Source: Pseudomonadota bacterium
GTDB lineage: Bacteria > Bdellovibrionota_B > Oligoflexia > Oligoflexales > RGVZ01
Reading direction: 5' to 3'
NCBI GenBank assembly: GCA_041178085.1
Contig: JBEGVZ010000056.1
Span: forward strand, 1-64,000
Length of the DNA stretch: 64,000 nucleotides
Numbering within the stretch: the stretch's first letter is position 1; every line of letters begins with the position of its first letter. Under the pieces are notes generated by a model. It saw only the letters and a program-made list of their open reading frames with translations, was not told the DNA's origin and did no database searches. Below, one piece after another: positions 1-8,767 of the stretch. The position numbers were made by a program, and so were the translations under genes.

Positions 1-593
1 TTCAGTTAGTTCTTCTCAATATCACAATCCTGAGCATATTACTGGGACTTACGCCTTCCGGAAGCGCGTATGCCTTTGATTTAAGGGATCTTTTCAAGGA
101 CCACTTTCATAACCATTACGAACCACGCCGGTGTGGTCAGAATGCCATGGCTTTCATCAGAGCTGCCGACCGCCAACTGGGGGCCGCGGGCTCCCTCCAA
201 CTTGTAACCATAGAAGATACTGGCTTTTCCAACTTGGGAATGGTTTCGGCAGAGCATGCAAGACGGTCCGACCGTCCGGGGCAGGTGGAGGATATGAACT
301 GGTACTTCCATGCCTTTGTCGTGGACCATAACGGGCTCGTCTATGACTTCGACTTCGGGGGTGAACCGACGATTGTACCCCTGGACAGCTACCTTCAGGA
401 GATGTTCGTGGAAGATAACGAGTGCAGCCTGCCATCCGGACAAAGGTCTGCAGCGCGCAGCTGTGTTCCCCGGGAAGCACGGCTTAATGAGTATAAACTT
501 ACCGTGATCTCAGGCAGAGATGTTGTTGAAGATCGTGAATCTCAAAAGCGGACCCTCATGCTGCGCGAGGCGCTGACAAAATGGCCGCGGTGA
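1..593 (+). CDS. Secreted papain-like Cys-His-Asp protein resembling NTAQ1/protein-glutaminase deamidases; 5' truncated by the window edge
   Basis: Frame is open from base 3 (QLVLLNITILSILLGLTPSGSAYA|FD, signal peptide-like), longer than the ORF-track call at 147; motifs YEPRRCGQN, WYFHAFVV, VYDFDF. Confidence 0.55.
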   Translation, partial: QLVLLNITILSILLGLTPSGSAYAFDLRDLFKDHFHNHYEPRRCGQNAMAFIRAADRQLGAAGSLQLVTIEDTGFSNLGMVSAEHARRSDRPGQVEDMNWYFHAFVVDHNGLVYDFDFGGEPTIVPLDSYLQEMFVEDNECSLPSGQRSAARSCVPREARLNEYKLTVISGRDVVEDRESQKRTLMLREALTKWPR

Positions 594-759
594 CTATCGC
601 GGAAGTTCTTGTTTAAAACTGCTCTCCATCCCTGCGCCTGACTTCGGATGTCACTTCATCCCCCTTGACCTTCCCCCCGTATACAAGTCCAGTTGCGATT
701 TACGACTCCACGTGACTTGCCTAGTTGGTTAATTAACGACGATTTGCATTCTCGCTTGA

Positions 760-794
760 TTGACATCCGGTCAAATTACCGCGTAAAATGACCG
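760..794 (+). promoter_or_regulatory. sigma70-like promoter with overlapping inverted repeat (putative operator)
   Basis: TTGACA(760-765)-N18-TAAAAT(784-789); arms CGGTCA-NN-TTAC / GTAA-NN-TGACCG (768-794); ATG at 796 with no RBS. Confidence 0.6.
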
Positions 795-795
795 T

Positions 796-1944
796 ATGAG
801 TATAATGAAACGTAACCTACTTAAAATTATAACAAATTCAAAGAAGTCGATTCTGCTTTTGGGTCCCCGACAGACGGGAAAGTCCACGCTGTTACGAGGA
901 TTGGCTCCAGATTTACTCATCGACCTGGCTGACGAGCGAGAGTACCTGCGGTTTGCAAGAAATCCAGATGAAGTATTCCAGCGGATTGAGGCGAACAAAC
1001 CTCGAACTGTTCTGATTGATGAAGTTCAAAGAATTCCGAGTCTTCTGAATTCCATACAGTCGATTATCGACACGAATAAAAACATTCGCTTTCTACTTTC
1101 GGGATCGAGCGCGAGAAAATTGGCGCGAGGCCAGGCAAATTTACTGCCTGGACGGATAATAGCGCTCCGAATGGGGCCGCTCATCGCATCCGAATTTGAG
1201 TATCGAATGAATCAAGCGCAAGCTCTGGGTACTGGAACTCTCCCTGGGATTTACCTTGAAGACTCCGAAACAGATCGTCTTGCGGTGCTCGACTCGTATG
1301 CGGCGACTTATGTGAAGGAAGAGGTTCAGTCGGAGGCTTTAACGAGAAATCTTGAAGGCTTTTCACGATTTCTATTTGTCGCGGCTGGCCGGGCAACAGA
1401 CTTTCTAGACTACACGAAGCTCGCCAATACGAGCTCCATCTCACGTCAATCGGCGATCAGATTTTTTGAAATTCTCGAGGAAACCCTTATCGTGCACAGA
1501 TGCGAATCCTTCACGAAATCGGGTAAGCGGCGTTTGATTCAGCATCCAAGATATTTTTTCTTTGATAATGGCGTCCTGAACGGCCTTCTGGGAAGCTATC
1601 AGGTTTCCGAGGATCGCGTTGGTATGCTGTTTGAAAATCTTTTGTATACCCAATTACTTCATAGTGCCAACGCCGGTGGCAAACGCCTAAGAATCTCGAC
1701 CTACAGAACTGAACATGGTGCTGAGGTCGATTTTATATGTGAATTGGAGGGCGACGTTTGGGCAATTGAAGCCAAAGGGTCCCGCAATGTTGGGAAAGAA
1801 GACTTGAAGGGATTCCGGAGCTTCTCTGATTTTTACAATAAGCCGCATCGCAAGGTGGTCGCTTATACGGGCTCAGTGGCAACGACGATAGATGGTGTGG
1901 ATGTCTTGCCGTGGCAAGACTTGTTGAAGGCGATGGGTTTGTAA
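796..1944 (+). CDS. AAA+ ATPase, AAA_14 + DUF4143 family (C-terminal PD-(D/E)xK-like domain)
   Basis: Walker A GPRQTGKST, Walker B LIDEVQ, LSGSS, YFFFDNG, EVDF...IEAK. Confidence 0.9.
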   Translation: MSIMKRNLLKIITNSKKSILLLGPRQTGKSTLLRGLAPDLLIDLADEREYLRFARNPDEVFQRIEANKPRTVLIDEVQRIPSLLNSIQSIIDTNKNIRFLLSGSSARKLARGQANLLPGRIIALRMGPLIASEFEYRMNQAQALGTGTLPGIYLEDSETDRLAVLDSYAATYVKEEVQSEALTRNLEGFSRFLFVAAGRATDFLDYTKLANTSSISRQSAIRFFEILEETLIVHRCESFTKSGKRRLIQHPRYFFFDNGVLNGLLGSYQVSEDRVGMLFENLLYTQLLHSANAGGKRLRISTYRTEHGAEVDFICELEGDVWAIEAKGSRNVGKEDLKGFRSFSDFYNKPHRKVVAYTGSVATTIDGVDVLPWQDLLKAMGL

Positions 1945-1979
1945 CGTCAGATGATGATAGTGACCTTCCCCGGTGAAAG

Positions 1980-2006
1980 AAAACCCGGGATTGTGCAACC
2001 CCGGGT
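1980..2006. terminator. GC-rich hairpin at the left edge of the transposase remnant
   Basis: ACCCGGGATTG-TG-CAACCCCGGGT preceded by an A-run (U-tail on the minus strand). Confidence 0.45.
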
Positions 2007-2025
2007 GGGACTTCAATTTAGTAAT

Positions 2026-2781
2026 GCAGCCTCAGCGGCCTCTATTGCCGGAAAAATCGCTTTCGGCCCAAACGCTGGGCGGCGTGTGACGCGCATCGGA
2101 CCAGGCTTTGGCTATCACGACGAAATCCCGCTCGCCAAAGGCCGCCTGTGCTTTTCCGTGAATGGCTTTTCCCTTCACTGCAATACATCGGTAAATACTC
2201 ATTCACGAGACCGCCTGCGAAAGCTCGTCGAATACATGGCAAGGGGACCCCTTTCAAACGAGCGTCTGGAAATACTCGAAGACGGCACCGTGAAACTAAA
2301 ACTAAAAACCCCGTGGCACGACGGGACGTCCCACCTTCTTCTCATCCCGTCGGAGTTTTTTGAAAAGCTATCTGCGATCGTGCCTCCTCCGCGCGCCCAC
2401 CTGGTGAAGTGGGGTGGGGTATTTGCACCGAATTCCCCGCTGCGTCCGAAGGTCATCCTCAAGCCTGGCGTGAAAAAGGCGGGGCGTCATAAGCGCGTTG
2501 CCGCGGGTGGCGCACGTGATCAAGCAGATGACCAGCCGGGATCAAAGCGAAGCCCCCTTCAAGGGTCGAGCTGGGCGAAGCTTTTATCCCGTGTCTTTAA
2601 TATCAACATCACTCGCTGTCCTTGCGGCGGAGAGCTCCGCGCTGTGGCGGCAATCTGCGCCCCGGACGAGGCACGCCGCTACCTTCGTCACGTCGGGCTT
2701 CCCAGTGATCCCCCGGCACGCGCCCCGCCGCACTATGAGCCCGTGGTGATGGAGTTTGATGCTGGTCCCGCGTGGAGTTGA
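2026..2781 (+). mobile_element. IS91/ISCR-family (Y2 rolling-circle) transposase, C-terminal remnant
   Basis: GFSLHCN...RLRKLVEYMARGPLSNERL...LKTPWHDGT...PPPRAHLVKWGGVFAPNS...WAKLLSRVF..CPCGG; N-terminal Zn-finger and HUH region absent. Confidence 0.85.
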
Positions 2782-3149
2782 CCCCGTAAAAACGGACATC
2801 CGTCGCCAGGCTGGGAAAAAATCACTGTTTAAGTGGTGATGGTGAGCGCTCTGAAAAATGGCGCCAGTGGGGGAGTGCTTTCGAAAATTGGGGAGGTGCA
2901 GGGATTGGTCGGTTGATGGGGGTGTAGGGTGGCTGGAGAAGCCCGAAATGCTGGTGCGTAGCGGACGGGTCAAGGAAATTGGCGGAGTGTAGGTTGGGGC
3001 GATAGATTCCAGCTTCAATTTCACACAATCCGTTGATGGCGCAAAAATAATCGAATAAATACGGGTGTTTATTGTCAATTATGCGTTTAGGTATAATAGA
3101 TTAAAGATTTAATGTAACATAGCGATAAGTTCAATGAAGGAGCTGACCC

Positions 3150-3635
3150 ATGACTTTGGCGACAATATTTGAACAATTGGATCAATGGGTGATGGCTGAA
3201 AACAAGAACGCGACCGTCGAGGGGATTCGACTGCTTCCGAAATCGCTTTTTAGAGTCGTGGGGCAAGCGGCCCTCCTGGAAGCCAAAGTCGAATTCAATG
3301 TCGCGGCCACAGTTGATGTGGACGTACTAAATAACGCGAAGCATGAAGTTGTCGCGAAACTCAGTGAGCTTCTCCTGGCGGAAGGTCTGGAGCTCGATCC
3401 CTTAAGTAACGAAATCTGGATGCCATTGGAAACTCAGTATGTCGAGATATTTAAAGGCGATTGGGTCACTTCACTGCGGGCGGAGACGGAGTTTATTATG
3501 GTTTCGAAAGCGTTGAAGGCTCCCGCGAAAAATAGAGTTCTTCTCCGAAACTATATCGCAACGCGACCACCTGTTTCGTTTTTCGAAATGTGTGAAAAAT
3601 ACAAAGTCAATTTGGATACCGTGATTGAGGGTTAG
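3150..3635 (+). CDS. Minimal nucleotidyltransferase-like protein (DUF6036/AbiEii-like), putative toxin
   Basis: VVGQAAL...ATVDVDV pattern; RBS AAGGAG; TATAAT at 3092-3097. Confidence 0.55.
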   Translation: MTLATIFEQLDQWVMAENKNATVEGIRLLPKSLFRVVGQAALLEAKVEFNVAATVDVDVLNNAKHEVVAKLSELLLAEGLELDPLSNEIWMPLETQYVEIFKGDWVTSLRAETEFIMVSKALKAPAKNRVLLRNYIATRPPVSFFEMCEKYKVNLDTVIEG

Positions 3636-3637
3636 TC

Positions 3638-4255
3638 ATGGACTATGAGGAAATAATCAAGAGGGCTACTGAAAAAGCGCAGGACGACGACGTACTCGCG
3701 CGGCAGCCATACTTCACGCGGACGGTAGCATGGTTTCATTATCTAGGTCTTTTGAAACACAACAACATTTTGCCTCATCGCTATCATCCTGATCTTGCTG
3801 ACGTGTTGAAAGCAGGTGTCGTTGAACCCCGGGTCCTTGAGTTGTTACCGGCTGTTCTGATTTTATTGCCGGAGGCCGTGCGACATGAAAAGCGTGAAAT
3901 TCCAAAGGATCTGGCTGCCGTCATCGACGATATTCATCATCGTCGCGACTGCAAACCATTTCGAGGTGTTCCTCCAGAAAAATACCGTCATTGGTTAAAC
4001 GCGCCGATTATGGATATCGCGAGACGTCGTCTTGACTTTAGAGGCGCTCCGCGCAGACGATCGGTCAGTTCTGGTGGTTTCGGAGATATCATTCGAGAAG
4101 GAAGAATGAAGCTGTGCCTCACTCAGGAAGAATTCGCGAAGAAAAACAATCTCTCCTTACGTGTGGTCCGAGATCTCGAGCAGGGCAAAACGACAGCATC
4201 GGTTGCCTCATTGATTGCTATATTAGCGGTATTTGGGAGAACCTTGCGAGCCTGA
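3638..4255 (+). CDS. Protein with C-terminal XRE/HipB-like helix-turn-helix, putative antitoxin/regulator
   Basis: IIREGRMKLCLTQEEFAKKNNLSLRVVRDLEQGK; 2 bp after the upstream gene. Confidence 0.7.
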   Translation: MDYEEIIKRATEKAQDDDVLARQPYFTRTVAWFHYLGLLKHNNILPHRYHPDLADVLKAGVVEPRVLELLPAVLILLPEAVRHEKREIPKDLAAVIDDIHHRRDCKPFRGVPPEKYRHWLNAPIMDIARRRLDFRGAPRRRSVSSGGFGDIIREGRMKLCLTQEEFAKKNNLSLRVVRDLEQGKTTASVASLIAILAVFGRTLRA

Positions 4256-4379
4256 ATCGTCGCGGTGTGGACTTGACCCGATTTTGTGGGCGTTGGGTTA
4301 CTATGCCTTCTGGATCATTGTCAACTTCTCCCAGATGGGTTGAGCAGAAAGTGCGACGGGGCGGCTTGCCACGTATTTT

Positions 4380-4645
4380 TGAGCTTCAATTTCACTCTGC
4401 CTTCTTTGAGTATACACGCTACCGAGGTCGGCGGGACTGCTCTCTTCCGCAACCTACTGGTGATGGCTGATGCCGGCGTGGCAACTCTGGCGGAATCGAT
4501 CGCAAAAAAAGTGATGGTCGTTCTTGTCCGCGAAGGTCTTCTCGGTAAAGACGGCGAAGAGATCACCAATCCGGACTGTGACGAGATATTTCGCGATCAC
4601 GAGGGACTTGCCGCAGCGTCATCTGCCTCTACCTGCCGGCAAGGA
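4380..4645 (+). pseudogene. Second IS91/ISCR transposase remnant (middle part, degraded)
   Basis: Ends ...HEGLAAASSAS; 4613-4642 resembles 2026-2054 at the nucleotide level, i.e. it encodes the segment just N-terminal to the first remnant. Confidence 0.55.
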
Positions 4646-4940
4646 GTGCGGTGGCAATCAATCCCGAAGTGAAAAATGGCATTGTCGGCTCCCTTAAAAA
4701 TTCGTGCTGTGGATACAAAGCGGATCGGGAGAAATCAAGCGATAAGGCCTTCAATCGCACCCTAAAATTTTATGAACTGCATTGCCGGGATGGCTATCTG
4801 GATCATGCCAAGGTCGTCTTAATGCCCGACTAGATGTATTGCTTCGTAATCATGAGGTCTTTCCTCCTGATCGCTGTGCCCTTGGCAAGTCGCAGGAGCA
4901 GGCTGCCCCTTGAGTCGCTGATCCAGTTGGTGCTTTTGTT

Positions 4941-5855
4941 TTAAGTGAATTCCTGTTTTAGCCCTTCTTGTAGAAAGCCCGTGAAGGCCTCGACCACTGG
5001 CGACAGCTTCCTGCGCGCAGGTGTAACGATTGATACGGGCATCGGCGCCAGGTGCCAGCCTTTGCAGACTTCTACGAGGGATCCGTCGTGGAGTCCCGGG
5101 CGGGCCATGAAGTCTGGTACGAGCGCGACCCCGCCGCCTGCGACGGCTAAGGCAATAAGTGCTTCTGTCGCATTAGAAACGTGCTTAGGTTTTAATCTGA
5201 CGGTGATGCGCTGGTCGCCGTTCTTCAGGTCGACGCGCGCCGGGTCAGCAGGTTTCAGGGTCAACATCAATAGGTCGAGGTCTTGCAAGACTTCTGGGCG
5301 CGCAAGATTGACGCGCCCAATGGATTGGCGTTCCAGGTAGCGTGGACTGGCAACAAAAATGAACCGGATCATCCCGACCTTGCGCACCCTGTAGCTTTGT
5401 TGTGACACCGCTCCGACGCGAATCGCAATGTCGATACCATCCTTGACCAGGTCCATCACTTTAAGCGTGTAGATCATGTCAAATTTCAGGCCCGGATACT
5501 TCGCGGAAAATCGGGCGAGTACTGGCGTCACAATGTGCGTCCCGACGTCCTCCACAGAAGTGATGCGGATCGTGCCGCTCATGGGGATCGATTCTCTGCG
5601 GGTCTCGGTTAGTCCTACCTTCAAGGCAGTCATTCCACTCGAAATGTGGTTGTAAAGTCGAAGGCCCAGTTCTGTTGCGGTGACATCGCGAGTGGTCCGG
5701 TAGAGCAGTTGGCCGCCCATCACCTGCTCAAGGGTTGAAACTGCACGGCTTGCCTTTGATTTCGGGATGGCAAGGTTTTTGGCTGCGTTGCTGAAGCTAC
5801 GCGCCTCGACGACATGCATGAAGATTTCCAGGTGGTTCAGGTCAAGGTGTTCCAT
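4941..5855 (-). CDS. LysR-family transcriptional regulator (CrgA/DmlR-like)
   Basis: HTH FMHVVEARSFSNAAKNLAIPKSKASRAVSTLE; DLVKDGIDIAIRVG. Confidence 0.95.
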   Translation of the reverse strand: MEHLDLNHLEIFMHVVEARSFSNAAKNLAIPKSKASRAVSTLEQVMGGQLLYRTTRDVTATELGLRLYNHISSGMTALKVGLTETRRESIPMSGTIRITSVEDVGTHIVTPVLARFSAKYPGLKFDMIYTLKVMDLVKDGIDIAIRVGAVSQQSYRVRKVGMIRFIFVASPRYLERQSIGRVNLARPEVLQDLDLLMLTLKPADPARVDLKNGDQRITVRLKPKHVSNATEALIALAVAGGGVALVPDFMARPGLHDGSLVEVCKGWHLAPMPVSIVTPARRKLSPVVEAFTGFLQEGLKQEFT

Positions 5856-5954
5856 ATTTGCAACACTGTAGTTCAAATGGCTATCTAGTGCAACGAGCTC
5901 GTTTGGGGAAGGATCAAGAGATGGTCGTGGAAAGTGACAAACGGAGGGTGCGCG

Positions 5955-6845
5955 ATGCGCAGTCGAATCACTGGTCTCCTGCTGCTAATGTTCGGGCTGC
6001 AGAGTTGCAACTATCATGTGCCGGCAGATGCTGTCGCGGTGAATGAGCCCGGTCTTGATGCATTTCCTGGTGGAGCTGGCACTTCAGCGGGCGGTGCAGG
6101 AACAGGGGCCTCAGTGCCGGCCTTTCAACTCCTCAGCACGCAATTGTTCAAATCCAAGTGCTCGTCTTGTCACAATGCATCAAACGGCGCGGCCGGCATC
6201 GACCTTTCTTCGCATGGCGCCATCGTCGCTGCACGTAATCGCAGCGGTACGCCCGTTGTGACACCCCGGTCAGCTGATAACAGCCTGCTGGTCCAGGTCA
6301 TTGAAAACGGCAGGATGCCGCCGAGGGGTGGACCGGTGGACGCGAAGGTCCTCGCCGTCTTGAAATGTTGGGTCGCCGAAGGCGCGCCGGCAGAAGGTGC
6401 CACCGCGTGCGTGCCCCAGGCGCCCGCAAATCCAGCAAATCCTGGAACCTCGGGCGGCGGCGGCAGTGGCGACATTCCTCCAGCCCCTGCACCAGGCCCC
6501 CAGCCCGGCGAGCCGGTTACATTTTCATTTGTTTTCTCGCAGGTTCTTGAACCGTGGTGCGTTGGTTGCCACGCAGGGTCCGATGCCGCGGACGGAGTCG
6601 ACCTGAGCTCGTTTGAAGCGATCATGTCGGCCAGTCAAGGTGTCGATGGTCGCAGGGACCTGGCAATATCTGCATCGCTTGCCAGTGCGCGGATTAAGCG
6701 CCCTTTGGTCGAACCCGGGGATCCGGAAGGCAGCAAGCTTTGGCGCGTGGTGCGGGAAAACGAAATGCCATACCAGATGGATCCGCTAGCGCCAGAGCTC
6801 AAGTCAGTCTTGCGGCAGTGGATTCTTGACGGAGCACGTCCATGA
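5955..6845 (+). CDS. Di-haem cytochrome c lipoprotein (two planctomycete-cytochrome-like domains)
   Basis: Lipobox LQSC; CSSCH and CVGCH each followed by an MP axial-ligand motif; Pro/Gly linker. Confidence 0.85.
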   Translation: MRSRITGLLLLMFGLQSCNYHVPADAVAVNEPGLDAFPGGAGTSAGGAGTGASVPAFQLLSTQLFKSKCSSCHNASNGAAGIDLSSHGAIVAARNRSGTPVVTPRSADNSLLVQVIENGRMPPRGGPVDAKVLAVLKCWVAEGAPAEGATACVPQAPANPANPGTSGGGGSGDIPPAPAPGPQPGEPVTFSFVFSQVLEPWCVGCHAGSDAADGVDLSSFEAIMSASQGVDGRRDLAISASLASARIKRPLVEPGDPEGSKLWRVVRENEMPYQMDPLAPELKSVLRQWILDGARP

Positions 6846-7999
6846 ATTCTGCGGCAACATCAGTGTCACTCAAGATTTTCTTGGCGGTTTCTTTTGCCGG
6901 AATGCCAGGGTTCTGCTCGACGGCTTTCGCTTTCCCTGAGTTTGTAAGGCACGGCTACTTCAGCTGCACCAGTTGCCACGTATCCCCGGGGGGCGGCGGA
7001 ATCTTGACCGATTACGGTCGTTCCTATTCTGCAGAGAAGCTTTCTGCCAGATCATCCAAAGGTGAAGAAGAACCTCTGCACGGGGCTTTGGGTGGAGAAC
7101 CCGGTCAGGGTGTTCGCCGTTGGCTGCTTGTTGGCGGAAATATGCGCCAAGTACAGACAGTCTCTGAAAACCGCAGCGCCCGGGATGGACGTTGGATTCC
7201 CATGCAGAGGGATCTTGAACTCTGCGTGACCGGTGGCCCTGTCATTGGTTGTGTCACAGGTGGTATCACGAAACACGGCATGCGCGAGCCGGATGGAAAG
7301 AGCCACTACGGCGTCCGGAAGGCTTCGGTACAAATCCAAGCGGGTGAATCGTGGCTGGTGCGTGCTGGGCGTTTTTCGCCCAGGTTCGGGGTGATGGTTC
7401 CAGATCACAATGCGTGGATTCAGTCGCTGTCCGGTCGTGGAATCGACGATGAACGGGATCAGCTCGAGATGACGTTCAGTTCAGAGAAATTCGAAGCATC
7501 GGCTGCCTTGGATCATGGGCATTCGGACAAACCAGAGGTAGCAAAAGGTTTTGTCGCCAATTTGATGACTCCGCTTCTCGACACCATGCGCGTCGGAGCA
7601 AGCTATCGCCTGCAAGAGTCTGAGGCGTCCGCCATAAAGACCGCCGGAGTTTTTGCCGCCGCCGGCATTGACGAAAAGACATTTGTGCTTGCAGAGATCG
7701 ACCAGCAGTCGATCGAGGCCAAGGTAAATCTGTCAGCGCCTTCGGACGGGGCATCCCGGGTGGCCTCTTATTTCAAGACGGGTCGCGAGCTCAGCCAGGG
7801 CGTGATCGCCTACGCGGTTCAGCAGATCGACTTGAAGGAAGGTGGGCCAACAACCGCGCGCCGAGACATGTACGGCATGGGACTCCAGCTGTTCCCACGT
7901 CCGCATTTCGAGGTTGATGGATTTGTTGGAAAGGTTCTGAGCCGGAGCGATTTTGCTTACGTGAACACAGCCTGGTTGCTGTTTCATGATTACCTTTGA
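6842..7999 (+). CDS. Outer-membrane beta-barrel with N-terminal CxxCH haem motif
   Basis: Signal peptide AFA|F, CTSCHVSPGGGG, alternating beta-strand pattern, aromatic C-terminus (WLLFHDYL). Confidence 0.7.
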   Translation: MNSAATSVSLKIFLAVSFAGMPGFCSTAFAFPEFVRHGYFSCTSCHVSPGGGGILTDYGRSYSAEKLSARSSKGEEEPLHGALGGEPGQGVRRWLLVGGNMRQVQTVSENRSARDGRWIPMQRDLELCVTGGPVIGCVTGGITKHGMREPDGKSHYGVRKASVQIQAGESWLVRAGRFSPRFGVMVPDHNAWIQSLSGRGIDDERDQLEMTFSSEKFEASAALDHGHSDKPEVAKGFVANLMTPLLDTMRVGASYRLQESEASAIKTAGVFAAAGIDEKTFVLAEIDQQSIEAKVNLSAPSDGASRVASYFKTGRELSQGVIAYAVQQIDLKEGGPTTARRDMYGMGLQLFPRPHFEVDGFVGKVLSRSDFAYVNTAWLLFHDYL

Positions 8000-8010
8000 A
8001 GGGGGATTCT

Positions 8011-8625
8011 GTGAAATTTATGGTCAATAACAAAGGCATCCGGTTTCTGACGATGGTTGTGGGGTTGGCTGTTGCAGCGACTGCCACGCAGAACGGTTTT
8101 GCCGTCACCTTTGAAGTGAATTCCGGAAGCAGCCCCGTAGAGTTTCTTGCCACGGGCAAACCCGGTTTCCTTAAGATAAAAGGCGAAGGCGCCAAACTCA
8201 AAGGACGCGCCGAGATCAAGTCGGGATCCCTTGCCGGCGATTTTTCGGTCGATTTGATCCCCCTGAAAACGGGCATCGACTTGCGTGACGAGCACATGAA
8301 GGAACGTTACCTGGAGACTGGGATGTTCCCGGAAGCCAAGCTTGTTCTCGATCCCGTCAAAATCGCTGAAGGGCAGGGGGGGAGGGATATTCCATTCACC
8401 GGCAAGTTGTCCATCAAGGGAAAGGAGAATCCAGTGAAGGGTAACGTCAGTGTCGACTTTGCGCCAGGCGCGGCTGGATCGTCAGGATCCAGGATCGCGA
8501 AAGGCACTGCGCGTTTTTCCTTGAAGATCGCTGATTACCCCATCGGTGTTCCATCGCACCTGGGGGTTACCGTTGCAGACAGCGTCGATGTCAGTGTCCA
8601 GTTTGTGGCGACCGAATCCCGCTAG
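8011..8625 (+). CDS. YceI-family lipid/polyisoprenoid-binding protein
   Basis: LKTGIDLRDEHMKERYLETGMFPEA, GKLSIKG; signal peptide. Confidence 0.9.
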   Translation: MKFMVNNKGIRFLTMVVGLAVAATATQNGFAVTFEVNSGSSPVEFLATGKPGFLKIKGEGAKLKGRAEIKSGSLAGDFSVDLIPLKTGIDLRDEHMKERYLETGMFPEAKLVLDPVKIAEGQGGRDIPFTGKLSIKGKENPVKGNVSVDFAPGAAGSSGSRIAKGTARFSLKIADYPIGVPSHLGVTVADSVDVSVQFVATESR

Positions 8626-8767
8626 GCGGCGGACCGGTCAACAACCGCCCTAAGGGCCTGCGTTATGACGTCGATTTTTTGGCCTCATTTCTTATTCTCT
8701 TTTCTTCCCTCCCTTGTCCGTCCTTTTCATTGCTGTCAATATGAAGGGATGCACCGGGGAGGCCTTC

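Noticed and set aside
3061..3085. Possible oriIS end of the IS91/ISCR remnant
   Set aside because: Only vague resemblance and it overlaps the promoter of the next gene; cannot be supported without an alignment to intact copies
4651..4833. 60-aa ORF after the transposase remnant
   Set aside because: No RBS or convincing motif; probably degraded sequence
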